From positions 72,682 through 104,681 of the forward strand of contig JAANAU010000002.1 in NCBI GenBank assembly GCA_011089965.1: 32,000 nucleotides of DNA. The letters run 5' to 3'. The stretch is from Magnetococcales bacterium. Its GTDB lineage: Bacteria; Pseudomonadota; Magnetococcia; Magnetococcales; Magnetaquicoccaceae. Of the stretch, positions 1-14,967 are shown piece by piece (positions within the stretch are counted from its first letter, which is position 1; each line of letters begins with the position of its first letter). Both the position numbers and the translations under genes were made by a program. The notes beneath the pieces are model-generated. The model made no database searches, had not been told where the DNA came from, and saw nothing but the letters and a program-made list of their open reading frames with translations.

Positions 1-261
1 ACATCCAATGGCTTGACCTTTGCGCAGCTTGAAACCAGCCACCGATTTCTTGGCTTTGGTTACCAACGGCTTTTGACCGGATATTGCGGTCAGATCACTC
101 ACGGCATTGGTCAGCAGATTCTTGTCAGAAACAGCACGACCCACACCCATGTTGATCACAATCTTTTCGATGCGCGGTATTTGCATCACATTCTGGTACC
201 CGAACTCCTTTTTCAAGGCGGGGCCGATCTCCTTGTCATACAGTTCTTTCAGTCTGGCCAT
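1..261 (-). CDS. rplE: 50S ribosomal protein L5, N-terminal 87 codons (gene continues past left edge)
   Basis: Not in ORF track. Hand translation of the reverse complement from ATG at 261 gives [44 protein letters not shown]...[16 protein letters not shown], which is colinear with L5. AGGAAA lies just upstream, and the position after rplX matches spc operons. Confidence 0.93.
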   Translation of the reverse strand, partial: MARLKELYDKEIGPALKKEFGYQNVMQIPRIEKIVINMGVGRAVSDKNLLTNAVSDLTAISGQKPLVTKAKKSVAGFKLRKGQAIGC

Positions 262-330
262 GGTTCATTTCCTGTTGGGCCTGGCAAACACGAGGTTTGG
301 TGTTGGGTGAGTTGCCTTGAATCGGCGTTG

Positions 331-660
331 TTACCGATCAATGGTTTCGCCCGACTTCCGGGCCACGCGCACTTTGCGACCATCTTCCAAGATTTTCTTG
401 CCAATACGGGTTCCCTTGCCGGAGACCGGATCCACAAACATCAAATTGGAAAGATGAATGGGTGCTTCCCGTTCCACAATTCCGGCTTCCTTCTCTTTGG
501 TTGCTCGGGTGTGGCGCTTGATCATGTTGACCCGTTCCACCAGAGCTGCATGGTCTTCGGTCACGATCATCAGGATGCGACCTCGTTTGCCTTTATCCTT
601 CCCGGCGATCACTACAACCTGGTCGCCCTTTTTCAGGGAGCTTTTGAAAGCGGTATTCAT
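331..660 (-). CDS. rplX: 50S ribosomal protein L24
   Basis: 109 aa ORF with the KKGDQVVVIAGKDKGKRG KOW motif typical of L24. It sits between rplN and rplE. Confidence 0.96.
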   Translation of the reverse strand: MNTAFKSSLKKGDQVVVIAGKDKGKRGRILMIVTEDHAALVERVNMIKRHTRATKEKEAGIVEREAPIHLSNLMFVDPVSGKGTRIGKKILEDGRKVRVARKSGETIDR

Positions 661-721
661 GGAGCCTTACCCGTCATCCGTCTGCTGTCATTGATCGTTT
701 CATGGCCACACCGTGATCCTG

Positions 722-1090
722 TTACAGGACTTCCGGGGCTAATGAAATGATCTTCATATAGTTGCGCACCCGCAATTCGCGTGTCACTGGTCCAAAGATA
801 CGGGTGCCAATCGGATCTCCCGCCTTGTTGATCAGTACCGCCGCATTGCGATCAAAGCGGATATAGCTGCCATCATCACGCACGACCTGCTTTTTGGTAC
901 GTACCACCACTGCCCGTGCCACTTCCCCTTTTTTAACCTTGCCACGGGGAATGGCTGCCTTGATGGCCACGGCAATGACATCACCAACGTGCGCATAACG
1001 CCGCTTTGATCCGCCCAAAACCTTGATGCACTGTACCTTTTTGGCACCGGAATTATCGGCAACCTCAAGGTTGGTCTCGACCTGAATCAT
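722..1090 (-). CDS. rplN: 50S ribosomal protein L14
   Basis: ORF 722..1144 trimmed to the internal ATG at 1090 ([18 protein letters not shown]...). This gives the canonical 122 aa L14 and an ATGA overlap with the rpsQ stop. Confidence 0.96.
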   Translation of the reverse strand: MIQVETNLEVADNSGAKKVQCIKVLGGSKRRYAHVGDVIAVAIKAAIPRGKVKKGEVARAVVVRTKKQVVRDDGSYIRFDRNAAVLINKAGDPIGTRIFGPVTRELRVRNYMKIISLAPEVL

Positions 1091-1326
1091 GACGTTCCCT
1101 CCGCAATCACCATCCAGCACTTGTCTTTGCTCACCGGAGGACACTCACGGATGCGCGCCACATCTCCCACTTTCAGTCTGTTCTCCGGGTCGTGGGCTTT
1201 GTACTTCTTGGAGCGTTTCACAATCTTGCCATACAGCTCATGCCGCACGTTCCGCTCGACCTTGACCACCACGGTCTTGTCCATTTTGTCGCTCACCACG
1301 ACGCCTTGCATAATGCGTTGCGGCAT
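1087..1326 (-). CDS. rpsQ: 30S ribosomal protein S17
   Basis: 79 aa, [25 protein letters not shown]... is the typical S17 N-terminus. Operon position is between rpmC and rplN. Confidence 0.96.
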   Translation of the reverse strand: MPQRIMQGVVVSDKMDKTVVVKVERNVRHELYGKIVKRSKKYKAHDPENRLKVGDVARIRECPPVSKDKCWMVIAEGTS

Positions 1327-1328
1327 GA

Positions 1329-1547
1329 CTAATTCTCCTTGCCTGCGCTGCTTTGGTTCCGCTTGCGCTCGCCCACAATGGTATGGATGCGGGCGATCTC
1401 TTTACGTACCGTGCGAATCCGAGCCGTATTATCCAGTTGCGCAATGGCGCGCTGAAAACGCAAATTGAAAGCTTCTTGATGCAGCGCCAGCAGACGCTCA
1501 TCGATTTGCGCTTCCGTCAGTGATCTGATCTCCGCAGCCTTGTTCAC
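1329..1547 (-). CDS. rpmC: 50S ribosomal protein L29
   Basis: Sequence ...[39 protein letters not shown] matches L29. GTG at 1547 forms a GTGA overlap with the rplP stop and gives the usual N-terminus. The ATG at 1559 (ORF-track start) is the alternative. Confidence 0.9.
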   Translation of the reverse strand: MNKAAEIRSLTEAQIDERLLALHQEAFNLRFQRAIAQLDNTARIRTVRKEIARIHTIVGERKRNQSSAGKEN

Positions 1548-1963
1548 GCCTTCCTCCAATTATGCACAAACTTGGTGGGAATGGGCAATTTGGCACCAGC
1601 CAGAGCCATGGCCTGTCTGGCAATCTCCTCAGAGACCCCTTCCATCTCATACATGATCCGACCAGGTTTGACCCGTGCCATCCAGTACTCCGGGTTCCCC
1701 TTGCCCTTGCCTTGACGAACTTCAGCCGGCTTCTTTGACACTGGAACATCCGGGAACAGCCGAATCCAGATCCGCCCGCCACGCTTGATGTGCCGTGTCA
1801 TGGCACGCCGTGCTGCCTCGATCTGACGGGCCGTAATCCGTCCCGCTTCCATGGCCTTCAGCCCGTAATGGCCGAAATTCAGTTCATCACAACTTCCCGC
1901 AATTCCATGGATGCGCCCTTTGTGGGCCTTGCGGAATTTGGTCTTTTTGGGTTGCAGCAACAT
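1544..1963 (-). CDS. rplP: 50S ribosomal protein L16
   Basis: 139 aa, [20 protein letters not shown]... is the canonical L16 N-terminus. Confidence 0.97.
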   Translation of the reverse strand: MLLQPKKTKFRKAHKGRIHGIAGSCDELNFGHYGLKAMEAGRITARQIEAARRAMTRHIKRGGRIWIRLFPDVPVSKKPAEVRQGKGKGNPEYWMARVKPGRIMYEMEGVSEEIARQAMALAGAKLPIPTKFVHNWRKA

Positions 1964-1975
1964 GACAAAGAATCC

Positions 1976-2620
1976 TTACGGCCTCCTGATTTCCCTGTCG
2001 ATGATCTCGCCCTTGAACACCCAGACCTTGACGCCAATCACGCCATAGGTGGTGTTGGCCTCGGCGAAACCAAATTCAATGTCCGCGCGCAAGGTGTGCA
2101 ATGGAACGCGCCCCTCGCGATACCATTCGGTCCGCGCAATTTCACCACCACCCAAACGACCGGAGCAGTTGATGCGAATCCCCAAGGCACCGAGCCGCAT
2201 GGCCGAGGTCACAGACCGCTTCATGGCCCGTCTGAAGGCCACACGCCGTTCCAACTGTTGCGCCACATTCTCGGCAATCAGTTGTGCTTCGGCTTCAGGC
2301 TTGCGCACCTCGACGATATTCAGGGCCACTTCTGTATTGGCGACCTTGGCAATATCGTTTTTGAGCTTTTCAATATCCGCACCCTTTTTGCCGATAATAA
2401 TACCGGGCCGGGCCGTATGAATATTGATGCGTGCCTTTTTGGCCGGACGCTCAATGATGATCTTGGATACACTGGCATGTTCCAAACGTTTCTTGATCCA
2501 TTCACGCAGCTTGATATCCTCAAGCAGCAGTGAAGCAAACGCCTTGTCCGCATACCAGCGTGTATCCCACGTCTTGGTAATGCCAAGACGAAAACCAGTT
2601 GGATGTACCTTTTGACCCAT
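1976..2620 (-). CDS. rpsC: 30S ribosomal protein S3
   Basis: 214 aa, [24 protein letters not shown]... carries the KH domain signature of S3. Confidence 0.97.
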   Translation of the reverse strand: MGQKVHPTGFRLGITKTWDTRWYADKAFASLLLEDIKLREWIKKRLEHASVSKIIIERPAKKARINIHTARPGIIIGKKGADIEKLKNDIAKVANTEVALNIVEVRKPEAEAQLIAENVAQQLERRVAFRRAMKRSVTSAMRLGALGIRINCSGRLGGGEIARTEWYREGRVPLHTLRADIEFGFAEANTTYGVIGVKVWVFKGEIIDREIRRP

Positions 2621-2680
2621 TGAGTCGCTCTCCAGCCTTTACTTGATGAGAATCCCTCGACCCGCTTCGTCGCACTACCG

Positions 2681-3016
2681 CTATTCGACTGAACGCACGG
2701 TGATGGTGAGATGGCTCGTCCTTTTGATGAGTCGGCCAGCACGTCCACGGGCACGTGGACGAAACCGTTTCATCACCAATCCCTGATCCACACTGGCCTG
2801 AAAAACCACCAGAGTGTCCACATCCAGTCCAAAATTGTTCTCGGCATTGGCAATGGCGGATTTCAGCGTCTCGCGTACGCTGCTGGCCACACGCTTCTTG
2901 GAAAACTCCAAGGTACGCAGGGCACTCTCCACGCGATGACCACGAATCTGATCCACAACCAGTCTTACCTTGCTTGGCGAGACCGGGAGATTTCTCAATC
3001 TGGCTACAGCTTCCAT
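2681..3016 (-). CDS. rplV: 50S ribosomal protein L22
   Basis: 111 aa, ...ARLRNLPVSPSKVRLVVDQIRG...RPRARGRAGRLIKRTSHLTI matches L22. Confidence 0.96.
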   Translation of the reverse strand: MEAVARLRNLPVSPSKVRLVVDQIRGHRVESALRTLEFSKKRVASSVRETLKSAIANAENNFGLDVDTLVVFQASVDQGLVMKRFRPRARGRAGRLIKRTSHLTITVRSVE

Positions 3017-3031
3017 GATCCGGTCCTCTTG

Positions 3032-3310
3032 TTATTTCCGGTTGGATTTCTTGTCCCCGCCATGTCCATGGAAGGTGCGGGTTGCGGAAAATTCGCCAAG
3101 TTTATGGCCCACCATATTTTCCGTCACCAGGACCGGAATGAATTTGCGTCCATTATGTACACCAAAGGTGTAGCCCACGAACTCTGGAATGATCGTTGAC
3201 CGTCTGGACCAGGTCTTGATCAACTCCTTGCGTCCGATTTCGCGCAGCCTTTCCACCTTCTGTAGCAGATAACCATCGAAGAATGGACCTTTTTTTATGG
3301 ATCGTGCCAT
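3032..3310 (-). CDS. rpsS: 30S ribosomal protein S19
   Basis: 92 aa, [19 protein letters not shown]...[16 protein letters not shown] matches S19. Confidence 0.97.
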   Translation of the reverse strand: MARSIKKGPFFDGYLLQKVERLREIGRKELIKTWSRRSTIIPEFVGYTFGVHNGRKFIPVLVTENMVGHKLGEFSATRTFHGHGGDKKSNRK

Positions 3311-3394
3311 GCTATTCCTCTTGCACCCGTTCTGGCAATCTCTTTGGCATCATGCCCGGTAGCGTTTCAGTTACAACAATATACTCACAACTCA

Positions 3395-4234
3395 CTATTT
3401 GCGGTCACCGGTTTCACGGCGGCGCATGATCAAGCGATTGGTGGATTTGACTGGATCCCGGGTCTTCTTGCCCTTGGTTGGTACACCCCAAGGCGTGACC
3501 GGATGCCGACCACCTGACGTACGACCCTCACCACCACCATGCGGATGATCCACCGGGTTCATGGCCACACCGCGCACTGACGGGCGTTTGCCCATCCAGC
3601 GCGAACGACCCGCCTTGCCCAACTTGACATTGCCATGATCCGGATTGGAGACCTGACCAATGGTCGCCATGCAGTCCAACAGCACCATGCGCATCTCACC
3701 TGACGGAAGCTTCAGTTGGGCATACTTGCCCTCCTTGCCCATCAACTGCACATAATTGCCTGCAGATCTGGCCAACTGTCCCCCTTTGGCCGGCTTCAGC
3801 TCCACATTATGGATGACCGAACCCAAAGGTATCACACGCAACGGCAACGCATTGCCCGGCTTGACTTCTGCTGTGGGTCCAGAGAGCACCTGGTCTCCCG
3901 CTGCCAAGCGTTGTGGAGCCAGGATGTAGCGTTTTTCGCCATCCGCATAATGCAGCAATGCAATAAATGCCGTCCGGTTGGGATCATACTCGATACGCTC
4001 CACCTTGGCCGGAATGTTATGCTTGTCGCGCTTGAAATCCACAATCCGATAGCGTTGCTTGTGACCACCGCCCTGATGCCGAATGGTCATGCGGCCATAG
4101 CTGTTCCGTCCTCCGGATCCATTCAAACCAACCGTCAGACTTCCTTCCGGCTCACCTTTGTAGAGATTGCTCCGGTCCACACAGACCTGGCCTCTCTTGC
4201 CATTGGAGGTCGGATTAAAATATTTCAGTGCCAT
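3395..4234 (-). CDS. rplB: 50S ribosomal protein L2
   Basis: 279 aa with the [19 protein letters not shown] motif diagnostic of L2. Confidence 0.97.
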   Translation of the reverse strand: MALKYFNPTSNGKRGQVCVDRSNLYKGEPEGSLTVGLNGSGGRNSYGRMTIRHQGGGHKQRYRIVDFKRDKHNIPAKVERIEYDPNRTAFIALLHYADGEKRYILAPQRLAAGDQVLSGPTAEVKPGNALPLRVIPLGSVIHNVELKPAKGGQLARSAGNYVQLMGKEGKYAQLKLPSGEMRMVLLDCMATIGQVSNPDHGNVKLGKAGRSRWMGKRPSVRGVAMNPVDHPHGGGEGRTSGGRHPVTPWGVPTKGKKTRDPVKSTNRLIMRRRETGDRK

Positions 4235-4269
4235 GGTTATGCTCCGTGCAAGGCAATCTTGTTCTTATG

Positions 4270-4569
4270 TCAAGACTTGGCGAAGAAATCAATGGATTGT
4301 CCTTGTTCCAAGCGCACAATCGCTTTTTTCCAATTGCTTCTCTGACCCTGTTGCCGACCAACCCGCTTGATCTTACCGCGAACATTCAGAGTTTGCACGG
4401 CCTCGACTTGAACATTGAACAATTTCTCAACCGCTGCCTTGATCTGTGTCTTGTTGGCCCATGTGGCCACACGAAAGACCATCTGATTGCCCTGCTCCTG
4501 ACACATGGTGGATTTTTCGGTAATCCGCGGGGTATCCAGAACCTGATACAATGTATAGGGGCCACTCAT
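4270..4569 (-). CDS. rplW: 50S ribosomal protein L23
   Basis: 99 aa, ...VLDTPRITEKSTMCQEQGNQMVFRVATWANKTQIKAAVEKLFNV matches L23. Its start overlaps the rplD stop (ATGA). Confidence 0.95.
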   Translation of the reverse strand: MSGPYTLYQVLDTPRITEKSTMCQEQGNQMVFRVATWANKTQIKAAVEKLFNVQVEAVQTLNVRGKIKRVGRQQGQRSNWKKAIVRLEQGQSIDFFAKS

Positions 4570-5243
4570 GCCGGGCTTCCTTCCGTCACATCCAGAGACA
4601 ACGTTTTGGCACCAGGTGCAGCGGCCACTCTGGCTTCCAGTTTGACCAGGGCAGCCTCGGTCAACAGCAGTTTTTCATGGATGAGGAGATCATACACATT
4701 CACCCCTTCCACGGGCAGCACATCCACACCCGGTAAATTTCTGGCCGACAGTTCCACACTGGGATCCAATTCTGCCAACACGATCAATACCGATTGCGAG
4801 GCTTGCAGGCGTTGCAGGATCTCCAACAGGGTTTTGGTCTTGATCTCACTCAGACCAAACTCCTTGAGAATGATCAGCTCTCCAGCTTCCCGTTTGGCTG
4901 ACAAGGCCGAGCGCAATCCCAACGCACGCTCTTTCTTGGTCATCTTGACCGAGTAGTCTCGGGGATGCGGACCAAACACCACACCGCCGGTGCGATACTG
5001 GGGTGCCCGGATCGTACCCTGCCGGGCATTGCCTGTACCCTTTTGGCGATAGGGTTTTTTGCCGCCACCTCTGACTTCCCCGCGTCTTTTGGTCGACGCA
5101 GTTCCTAAGCGCCGTTTGGCCAATTGATAATGCACGACACGATTCAAAAGATCAGGCCGCACATCGGTCCCAAAGGCCAATTCACTCAAATTTACGGTAT
5201 GCGACGCCTGATTGGCTGCATCGATTACAGGAAACTCAATCAT
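4566..5243 (-). CDS. rplD: 50S ribosomal protein L4
   Basis: 225 aa with ...GGGKKPYRQKGTGNARQGTIRAPQYRTGGVVFGP, the L4 core motif. Confidence 0.96.
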   Translation of the reverse strand: MIEFPVIDAANQASHTVNLSELAFGTDVRPDLLNRVVHYQLAKRRLGTASTKRRGEVRGGGKKPYRQKGTGNARQGTIRAPQYRTGGVVFGPHPRDYSVKMTKKERALGLRSALSAKREAGELIILKEFGLSEIKTKTLLEILQRLQASQSVLIVLAELDPSVELSARNLPGVDVLPVEGVNVYDLLIHEKLLLTEAALVKLEARVAAAPGAKTLSLDVTEGSPA

Positions 5244-5261
5244 CTCTTAGTTCCCGAAGGC

Positions 5262-5903
5262 TCATTTCCTGGCCGCTTTGACAGCATCCCGGATATAGAC
5301 AACAGATCCCTTGGATCCCGGAACACTCCCCTTGACAACCAACAGGTTCTGTTCCAGATCCACGGAGGCCACGATCAAGCCCATGACAGTCACATTCTCA
5401 TCGCCCATGTGGCCTGCCATTTTCTTGTTCTTGAATACCCGTCCCGGAGTCTGACATTGACCAATCGAACCGGGTGAACGGTGAGTCAGGTGGGCACCAT
5501 GAGTGGCACGACCACCACGAAATCCCCATCTGCGCATGCTACCGGTAAAACCTTTACCCACGCTGCGGCCTGTCACATCCACTCGGACACCTGCTTCAAT
5601 CTGCTCTAACGTCAACACTTGCCCGGGCTGATAATTGCCGGGTTCGCTGACGCGAAACTCCTTGAGCATGCGTTGCGGTGCCACATTGGCCTTGGCATAA
5701 ATTCCGCGAACCGGCTTTTGCACCCGTGACGGCTTGGCCTCTTCAAAGCCAAGTTGCACGGCATTATAGCCATTCGTTTCCACACTTTTCACCCCAACCA
5801 CCGGGCACGGACCGACCTTTAACAAGGTTACGGCCACACTTTTGCCGTCAGGTGAAAAGATTCGGCTCATGCCGAGTTTCCGTCCGATCAATCCCGCGCG
5901 CAT
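5262..5903 (-). CDS. rplC: 50S ribosomal protein L3
   Basis: 213 aa, MRAGLIGRKLGMSRIF...GKGFTGSMRRWGFRGGRATHG matches L3. Confidence 0.97.
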   Translation of the reverse strand: MRAGLIGRKLGMSRIFSPDGKSVAVTLLKVGPCPVVGVKSVETNGYNAVQLGFEEAKPSRVQKPVRGIYAKANVAPQRMLKEFRVSEPGNYQPGQVLTLEQIEAGVRVDVTGRSVGKGFTGSMRRWGFRGGRATHGAHLTHRSPGSIGQCQTPGRVFKNKKMAGHMGDENVTVMGLIVASVDLEQNLLVVKGSVPGSKGSVVYIRDAVKAARK

Positions 5904-5941
5904 CTTGCACCATCCCTATCCTTATGGCAACCACGCCGCCA

Positions 5942-6250
5942 TTAAAGTTTGATCTCGACGTTAACGCCGGCTGCCAGATCAAGTTTCATCAAGGCGTCCA
6001 CGGTCTGAGGCGTCGGATTAATGATATCGATGACCCGCTTGTGCGTACGGATCTCAAACTGTTCACGCGATTTCTTGTCCACGTGAGGTGAACGCAAAAC
6101 CGTGTAACGGCTGATTCGCGTTGGCAACGGGATCGGTCCACGGATCTCCGCACCAGTCCGCCGTGCAGTCTGTACGATCTCGCCTGTTGATTGATCCAGT
6201 ATCCGATGGTCAAACGCCTTCAACCGGATGCGTATCTTTTGATTATCCAT
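5942..6250 (-). CDS. rpsJ: 30S ribosomal protein S10
   Basis: ORF 5942..6346 trimmed to ATG at 6250 ([21 protein letters not shown]...), which gives the canonical 102 aa S10. The longer ORF would overlap the tuf 3' end. Confidence 0.95.
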   Translation of the reverse strand: MDNQKIRIRLKAFDHRILDQSTGEIVQTARRTGAEIRGPIPLPTRISRYTVLRSPHVDKKSREQFEIRTHKRVIDIINPTPQTVDALMKLDLAAGVNVEIKL

Positions 6251-6299
6251 TACCCATTCACCCAACGCCTTCCAGACGCCGCTCCCATACAGGCCATCG

Positions 6300-7493
6300 T
6301 CACTGCGTGATTTCCGACACGACGCCAGCACCCACGGTTTTGCCACCCTCGCGAATGGCGAAACGCAACCCCTTTTCCATCGCGATAGGCGCGATCAATT
6401 CAACTTCCATCGAGATGTTATCTCCCGGCATCACCATCTCCACCCCTTCCGGCAGCTTCAACACGCCCGTCACATCGGTCGTGCGGAAGTAGAACTGCGG
6501 ACGATAGTTGGAGAAAAACGGTGTATGACGTCCACCCTCTTCCTTGGAAAGGATGTAGCATTCGGCCTTGAACTTGGTATGCGGCGTGATGGAGTTCGGC
6601 TTGGCCAACACCTGACCACGCTGCACATCTTCGCGCTTGATGCCACGCAGCAGCACACCGATATTGTCACCTGCCTGTCCTTGATCCAACAGCTTGCGAA
6701 ACATCTCCACACCGGTACACACCGAGTTGGTCACAGACTTCTTGATGCCCACGATCTGCACGTTTTCGCCAACCTTGACAATACCGCGTTCCACACGTCC
6801 TGTCACCACCGTACCACGTCCGGAAATGGTGAACACATCCTCAATCGGCATCAGGAATGTACCATCCAAAGGACGCTCCGGCTGCGGGATATAGGCATCC
6901 ACGGCATCCATCAGCTTCTGGATGGAACCAGATCCCATGGGTCCGGTATCCCCTTCCATGGCCTTCAAAGCAGAGCCAATCACAATCGGAATCTCATCTC
7001 CCGGAAAATCGTAGGAGGAGAGCAGCTCACGCACTTCAAGCTCCACCAACTCCAAAAGCTCCGGATCGTCCACCTGGTCAGCCTTGTTCATAAAGACCAC
7101 CAGCGAAGGCACACCCACCTGACGGGCGAGCAAAATGTGCTCACGGGTCTGAGGCATGGGTCCATCGGCTGCCGACACCACCAGAATGGCACCATCCATC
7201 TGTGCGGCACCGGTGATCATGTTCTTGATATAGTCCGCATGGCCTGGGCAGTCCACGTGGGCATAGTGACGATGATCCGTCTCGTATTCCACATGCGCTG
7301 TCGAGATCGTGATGCCACGCGCCCGCTCTTCGGGTGCTGCATCGATCTGGTCATACGCCTTGAACTCTGCCAATCCCTTGGTTGCCAGATGCTTGGTGAT
7401 CGCGGCGGTCAGGGTGGTTTTGCCATGGTCCACGTGACCAATGGTCCCAATGTTGACGTGCGGTTTGTTTCTTTGAAATTTCGCCTTCGCCAT
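6300..7493 (-). CDS. tuf: Elongation factor Tu, copy 1 (str-operon copy)
   Basis: 397 aa with [10 protein letters not shown]-loop, DCPGH and NKAD G-motifs. It follows fusA as tufA does in E. coli. Confidence 0.98.
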   Translation of the reverse strand: MAKAKFQRNKPHVNIGTIGHVDHGKTTLTAAITKHLATKGLAEFKAYDQIDAAPEERARGITISTAHVEYETDHRHYAHVDCPGHADYIKNMITGAAQMDGAILVVSAADGPMPQTREHILLARQVGVPSLVVFMNKADQVDDPELLELVELEVRELLSSYDFPGDEIPIVIGSALKAMEGDTGPMGSGSIQKLMDAVDAYIPQPERPLDGTFLMPIEDVFTISGRGTVVTGRVERGIVKVGENVQIVGIKKSVTNSVCTGVEMFRKLLDQGQAGDNIGVLLRGIKREDVQRGQVLAKPNSITPHTKFKAECYILSKEEGGRHTPFFSNYRPQFYFRTTDVTGVLKLPEGVEMVMPGDNISMEVELIAPIAMEKGLRFAIREGGKTVGAGVVSEITQ

Positions 7494-7507
7494 GTCTCTC
7501 GCTCCCG

Positions 7508-9589
7508 TTAGCCCTTGACCTTCGCCACGATCTCGTCGGCAACGCTCTTCGGCACTGGTTCATAATGATGAAATTGCATTGTAAAAGTCGCCCGGCCCTG
7601 GGTCATGGACCGCAGATCCGTGGCATAACCAAACATGTTCGCAAGCGGTGTCATGGATTTCACCAATTGATTCCCGCCTGCTGAATCCATCCCGTAAATG
7701 GTTCCGCGTCTGGAGTTCAAATCTCCGATCACATCCCCCATAAAGGCCTCAGAAACCTCAACCTCCACTTCCATGATCGGCTCCAGAATGACCGGGCCAG
7801 CCTTGGTGCATCCAGACTTGACTGCCATGGATGCCGCGATCTTGAAGGCCATTTCCGATGAGTCCACCTCATGATAGGAGCCATCGTACAGTGCCACCTG
7901 CACATCCACCATCGGATAACCAGCCATGACACCCGTGGTCAATGCCTCTTCCGCACCTTTGGCCACAGCGGATATGTACTCACGTGGCACCACACCACCT
8001 TTGATCTCATCCAGGAAGTTGAATCCTGCTCCCGGTTCACGCGGCTCAATGCGCAGCCATACATGTCCAAACTGTCCGCGACCACCCGACTGCCGAACAA
8101 ACTTTCCTTCTGCTTCCACGGTCTTGGTCACGGTTTCCCGATAGGCCACCTGCGGTTTACCCACATTGGCTTCGACCTTGAACTCCCGCATCATACGATC
8201 CACCAGGATCTCCAGATGCAGCTCACCCATGCCGGAAATAATGGTCTGATTGGTCTCGTGATCAATCGACACCCGGAAGGAGGGATCCTCCTGGGCCAAT
8301 CGACCCAGTGCCAGGCTCATCTTTTCCTGATCCGCTTTGGTCTTGGGTTCAATGGCAATCGAGATCACCGGTTCCGGGAAGACCATTTTTTCCAGGACAA
8401 TCGGATTGTTCGGGTCACAAAGCGTATCGCCGGTAGTGGTCATCTTCAAACCCACGGCTGCCGCAATATCACCCGTGCGCACCTCTTTCACATCTTCCCG
8501 TTTGTTCGCATGCATCAGCATGATGCGACCAATCCGCTCTTTCTTGTCCTTGCCCGCATTCATAATATACGATCCTGCGGTCAAAACTCCGGAATAGACA
8601 CGGAAAAAGGTCAAGCTGCCGACAAAAGGATCCGACATGATCTTGAAGGCCAACGCCGAGAACGGCGCATTATCCTTGGCTTCACGGCTGTCCGGCGTCG
8701 AATCGTCAATCGATTTGACCCCCTGCACATCCGGCACATCTTCCGGCGACGGAAAATAGGCGACAACAGCATCCAGCAACGCCTGCACACCCTTGTTCTT
8801 GAAGGCAGATCCGCACATGACCGGAACAAAGGAACTGCGAATCACCCCTTTACGAATGCAAGCGCGCAGATCAGCGTCACTGATGGTCTCACCTTCCAGG
8901 TAACGCTCCATCAGCGCATCATCTTCCTCAAGCGCTGTTTCAATCAATTTTTCCCGGTATTCATTGACCTCATTGACCATATTGGCCGGAACTTCCATGA
9001 CATCAAAGCGCGCACCCAACGTATCATCATCAAAGATATATGCCTTGCGCGTCAACAAATCCACCATGCCACGAAAATTCTCTTCACTGCCAATCGGCAA
9101 TTGCAATGGTACGGCCTTGGCTTTCAGTCGATCCTTCATCATGGTGATCACACGGAAAAAATCAGCTCCCATGCGATCCATTTTGTTGACAAAGGCCACA
9201 CGCGGTACGCCATAACGGTCGGCCTGGCGCCACACGGTTTCGGATTGCGGCTGAACGCCTCCCACGGAACAGAACACCGCTACCGCACCATCCAGAACAC
9301 GCAGGGAACGTTCCACCTCAATGGTGAAGTCCACATGGCCAGGGGTGTCAATGATATTGATGCGGTGGTCGGTCCAGAAACAGGTCGTGGCTGCCGAAGT
9401 AATGGTAATGCCACGCTCCTGCTCTTGCTCCATCCAGTCCATCGTTGCGGTGCCATCGTGCACTTCACCCAGCTTGTGCGAACGCCCGGTATAGTACAAA
9501 ATCCGCTCGGTCACGGTGGTCTTACCGGCGTCAATATGGGCCATAATGCCGATGTTGCGCACCCGCGCCAGTGGTATTTCCCTAGACAC
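7508..9589 (-). CDS. fusA: Elongation factor G
   Basis: 693 aa with N-terminal [26 protein letters not shown] and DTPGHVDF motifs. It lies between rpsG and tuf. Confidence 0.98.
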   Translation of the reverse strand: MSREIPLARVRNIGIMAHIDAGKTTVTERILYYTGRSHKLGEVHDGTATMDWMEQEQERGITITSAATTCFWTDHRINIIDTPGHVDFTIEVERSLRVLDGAVAVFCSVGGVQPQSETVWRQADRYGVPRVAFVNKMDRMGADFFRVITMMKDRLKAKAVPLQLPIGSEENFRGMVDLLTRKAYIFDDDTLGARFDVMEVPANMVNEVNEYREKLIETALEEDDALMERYLEGETISDADLRACIRKGVIRSSFVPVMCGSAFKNKGVQALLDAVVAYFPSPEDVPDVQGVKSIDDSTPDSREAKDNAPFSALAFKIMSDPFVGSLTFFRVYSGVLTAGSYIMNAGKDKKERIGRIMLMHANKREDVKEVRTGDIAAAVGLKMTTTGDTLCDPNNPIVLEKMVFPEPVISIAIEPKTKADQEKMSLALGRLAQEDPSFRVSIDHETNQTIISGMGELHLEILVDRMMREFKVEANVGKPQVAYRETVTKTVEAEGKFVRQSGGRGQFGHVWLRIEPREPGAGFNFLDEIKGGVVPREYISAVAKGAEEALTTGVMAGYPMVDVQVALYDGSYHEVDSSEMAFKIAASMAVKSGCTKAGPVILEPIMEVEVEVSEAFMGDVIGDLNSRRGTIYGMDSAGGNQLVKSMTPLANMFGYATDLRSMTQGRATFTMQFHHYEPVPKSVADEIVAKVKG

Positions 9590-9617
9590 TTCTCATCCCC
9601 TGTACCAAATCGCCGGC

Positions 9618-10088
9618 TCACCACCGATAGTGCGCAAAGACTTTGTTGGCCTCTGCCATGCGGTGGGTATCGTCCTTCTTTTTCACGGTAGAGCCACGGT
9701 TGTTCGCGGCATCCATCAACTCCGCAGCCAATCTCTCCCGCATGGTCTTTTCACCACGATCCCGGGCATATTTGATAATCCAGCGGATGGCCAATGTCTG
9801 ACGTCGACTGGGGCGCACTTCCACTGGCACCTGGTAGGTGGCACCACCCACGCGACGGGAGCGCACTTCAACCGTGGGCCGAGTGTTGTCAATCGCATCA
9901 CGGAAGATCTTCATGGCATCATCCTTGGTACGATCCCCAACAATCTGCAACGCACCATAAAACAGACGCTCAGCCAGGGCTTTCTTGCCATCCTTCATGA
10001 GACAGTTCATGAATTTGGCCACCAGTTGATCGCCATACACAGGATCACCAATCGTGTCCCGTTGTTGAACGTCACGCCGTCTCGACAT
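9618..10088 (-). CDS. rpsG: 30S ribosomal protein S7
   Basis: 156 aa, [20 protein letters not shown]...[20 protein letters not shown] matches S7. GCAGGAG Shine-Dalgarno lies upstream. Confidence 0.97.
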   Translation of the reverse strand: MSRRRDVQQRDTIGDPVYGDQLVAKFMNCLMKDGKKALAERLFYGALQIVGDRTKDDAMKIFRDAIDNTRPTVEVRSRRVGGATYQVPVEVRPSRRQTLAIRWIIKYARDRGEKTMRERLAAELMDAANNRGSTVKKKDDTHRMAEANKVFAHYRW

Positions 10089-10209
10089 TCACACCGCTCC
10101 TGCAAACATTTGAAATGATTTCCCAACCTTGATTACATCAGCCGCGAGCGGCCATGCCATTCTTGGGTTGGACATGTTGCTTGCCGACCGACCTGCCAAA
10201 AGGTACGGT

Positions 10210-10581
10210 TTATTTGGGCCGCTTGGCTCCATACAGGGATCGGCCTTGCTTGCGATTCTTGACCCCTTGCGTATCCAGCGTGCCACGAATGATGTGATAC
10301 CGCACGCCGGGCAGATCCTTCACGCGGCCACCGCGCACCAGAACCACCGAGTGTTCTTGCAGATTATGGCTCTCACCGGGAATATACACAGTGACTTCAT
10401 GGCCATTGGTCAGACGCACGCGCGCCACTTTGCGCAAGGCAGAGTTGGGCTTTTTTGGTGTCGTCGTGTATACACGTGTGCAGACCCCACGCTTCTGGGG
10501 GCAGGACTGCATGGCCGGGACGTTGGTTTTCTTCTTGATCGTCTTACGTCCAAAACGCACAAGTTGATTCACGGTTGGCAT
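10210..10581 (-). CDS. rpsL: 30S ribosomal protein S12
   Basis: ORF 10210..10602 trimmed to ATG at 10581 ([13 protein letters not shown]...), the universal S12 N-terminus, giving 123 aa. Confidence 0.96.
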   Translation of the reverse strand: MPTVNQLVRFGRKTIKKKTNVPAMQSCPQKRGVCTRVYTTTPKKPNSALRKVARVRLTNGHEVTVYIPGESHNLQEHSVVLVRGGRVKDLPGVRYHIIRGTLDTQGVKNRKQGRSLYGAKRPK

Positions 10582-10725
10582 TACGATGTCACCCCAAACC
10601 ATTCATCCATTAGTGTATCAATGATCGTTTCGCCGGTAAAGTCTTAATTCGCACAGCTTTTGAATTTTTTTGACCTGACCGACCGCTTGCTTCTGCTCTT
10701 TTTTTCTGTTTTGCGAAAGCCCTTC

Positions 10726-10779
10726 ATACTACCATAAGCCAGAGGATTGTCAACGCTTTTTATCAAAAAAATTTGTCAA
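10726..10779 (-). promoter_or_regulatory. Candidate sigma70 promoter of the str operon with A/T-rich UP-like element
   Basis: The minus strand reads TTGACA (10753-10748), a 16 nt spacer, then TGgTAGTAT (extended -10, hexamer 10731-10726). It is preceded by AAATTTTTTTGATAAAAAG and a second TTGACA (10779-10774). It lies in the 208 bp rpoC-rpsL spacer, about 140 nt upstream of rpsL. Confidence 0.5.
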
Positions 10780-10811
10780 TCCTCTGTTGCTCCTGGCCAG
10801 CTCGCCCAACC

Positions 10812-14945
<4,134 letters not shown>

Positions 14946-14967
14946 GCCCGCTCGCTCCAGTCGACTT

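Noticed and set aside
13-750. 245 aa plus-strand ORF at the left edge.
   Set aside because: It lies antisense to rplE and rplX, whose identities are unambiguous. The cause is the same codon-aligned antisense effect, and the sequence has no recognisable features.
3311-3394. Unusually long spacers inside the S10 operon (84 nt rplB-rpsS and 60 nt rplV-rpsC at 2621-2680), examined for hidden small ORFs or RNA structure.
   Set aside because: I found no convincing hairpin, repeat or small ORF with a ribosome-binding site. There is nothing to support beyond the spacer length itself.
10603-10811. Looked for an intrinsic terminator after rpoC.
   Set aside because: There is only a short CTGGCCAG palindrome with no loop and no U-tract. 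The spacer is better explained by the str-operon promoter and its A/T-rich upstream element.
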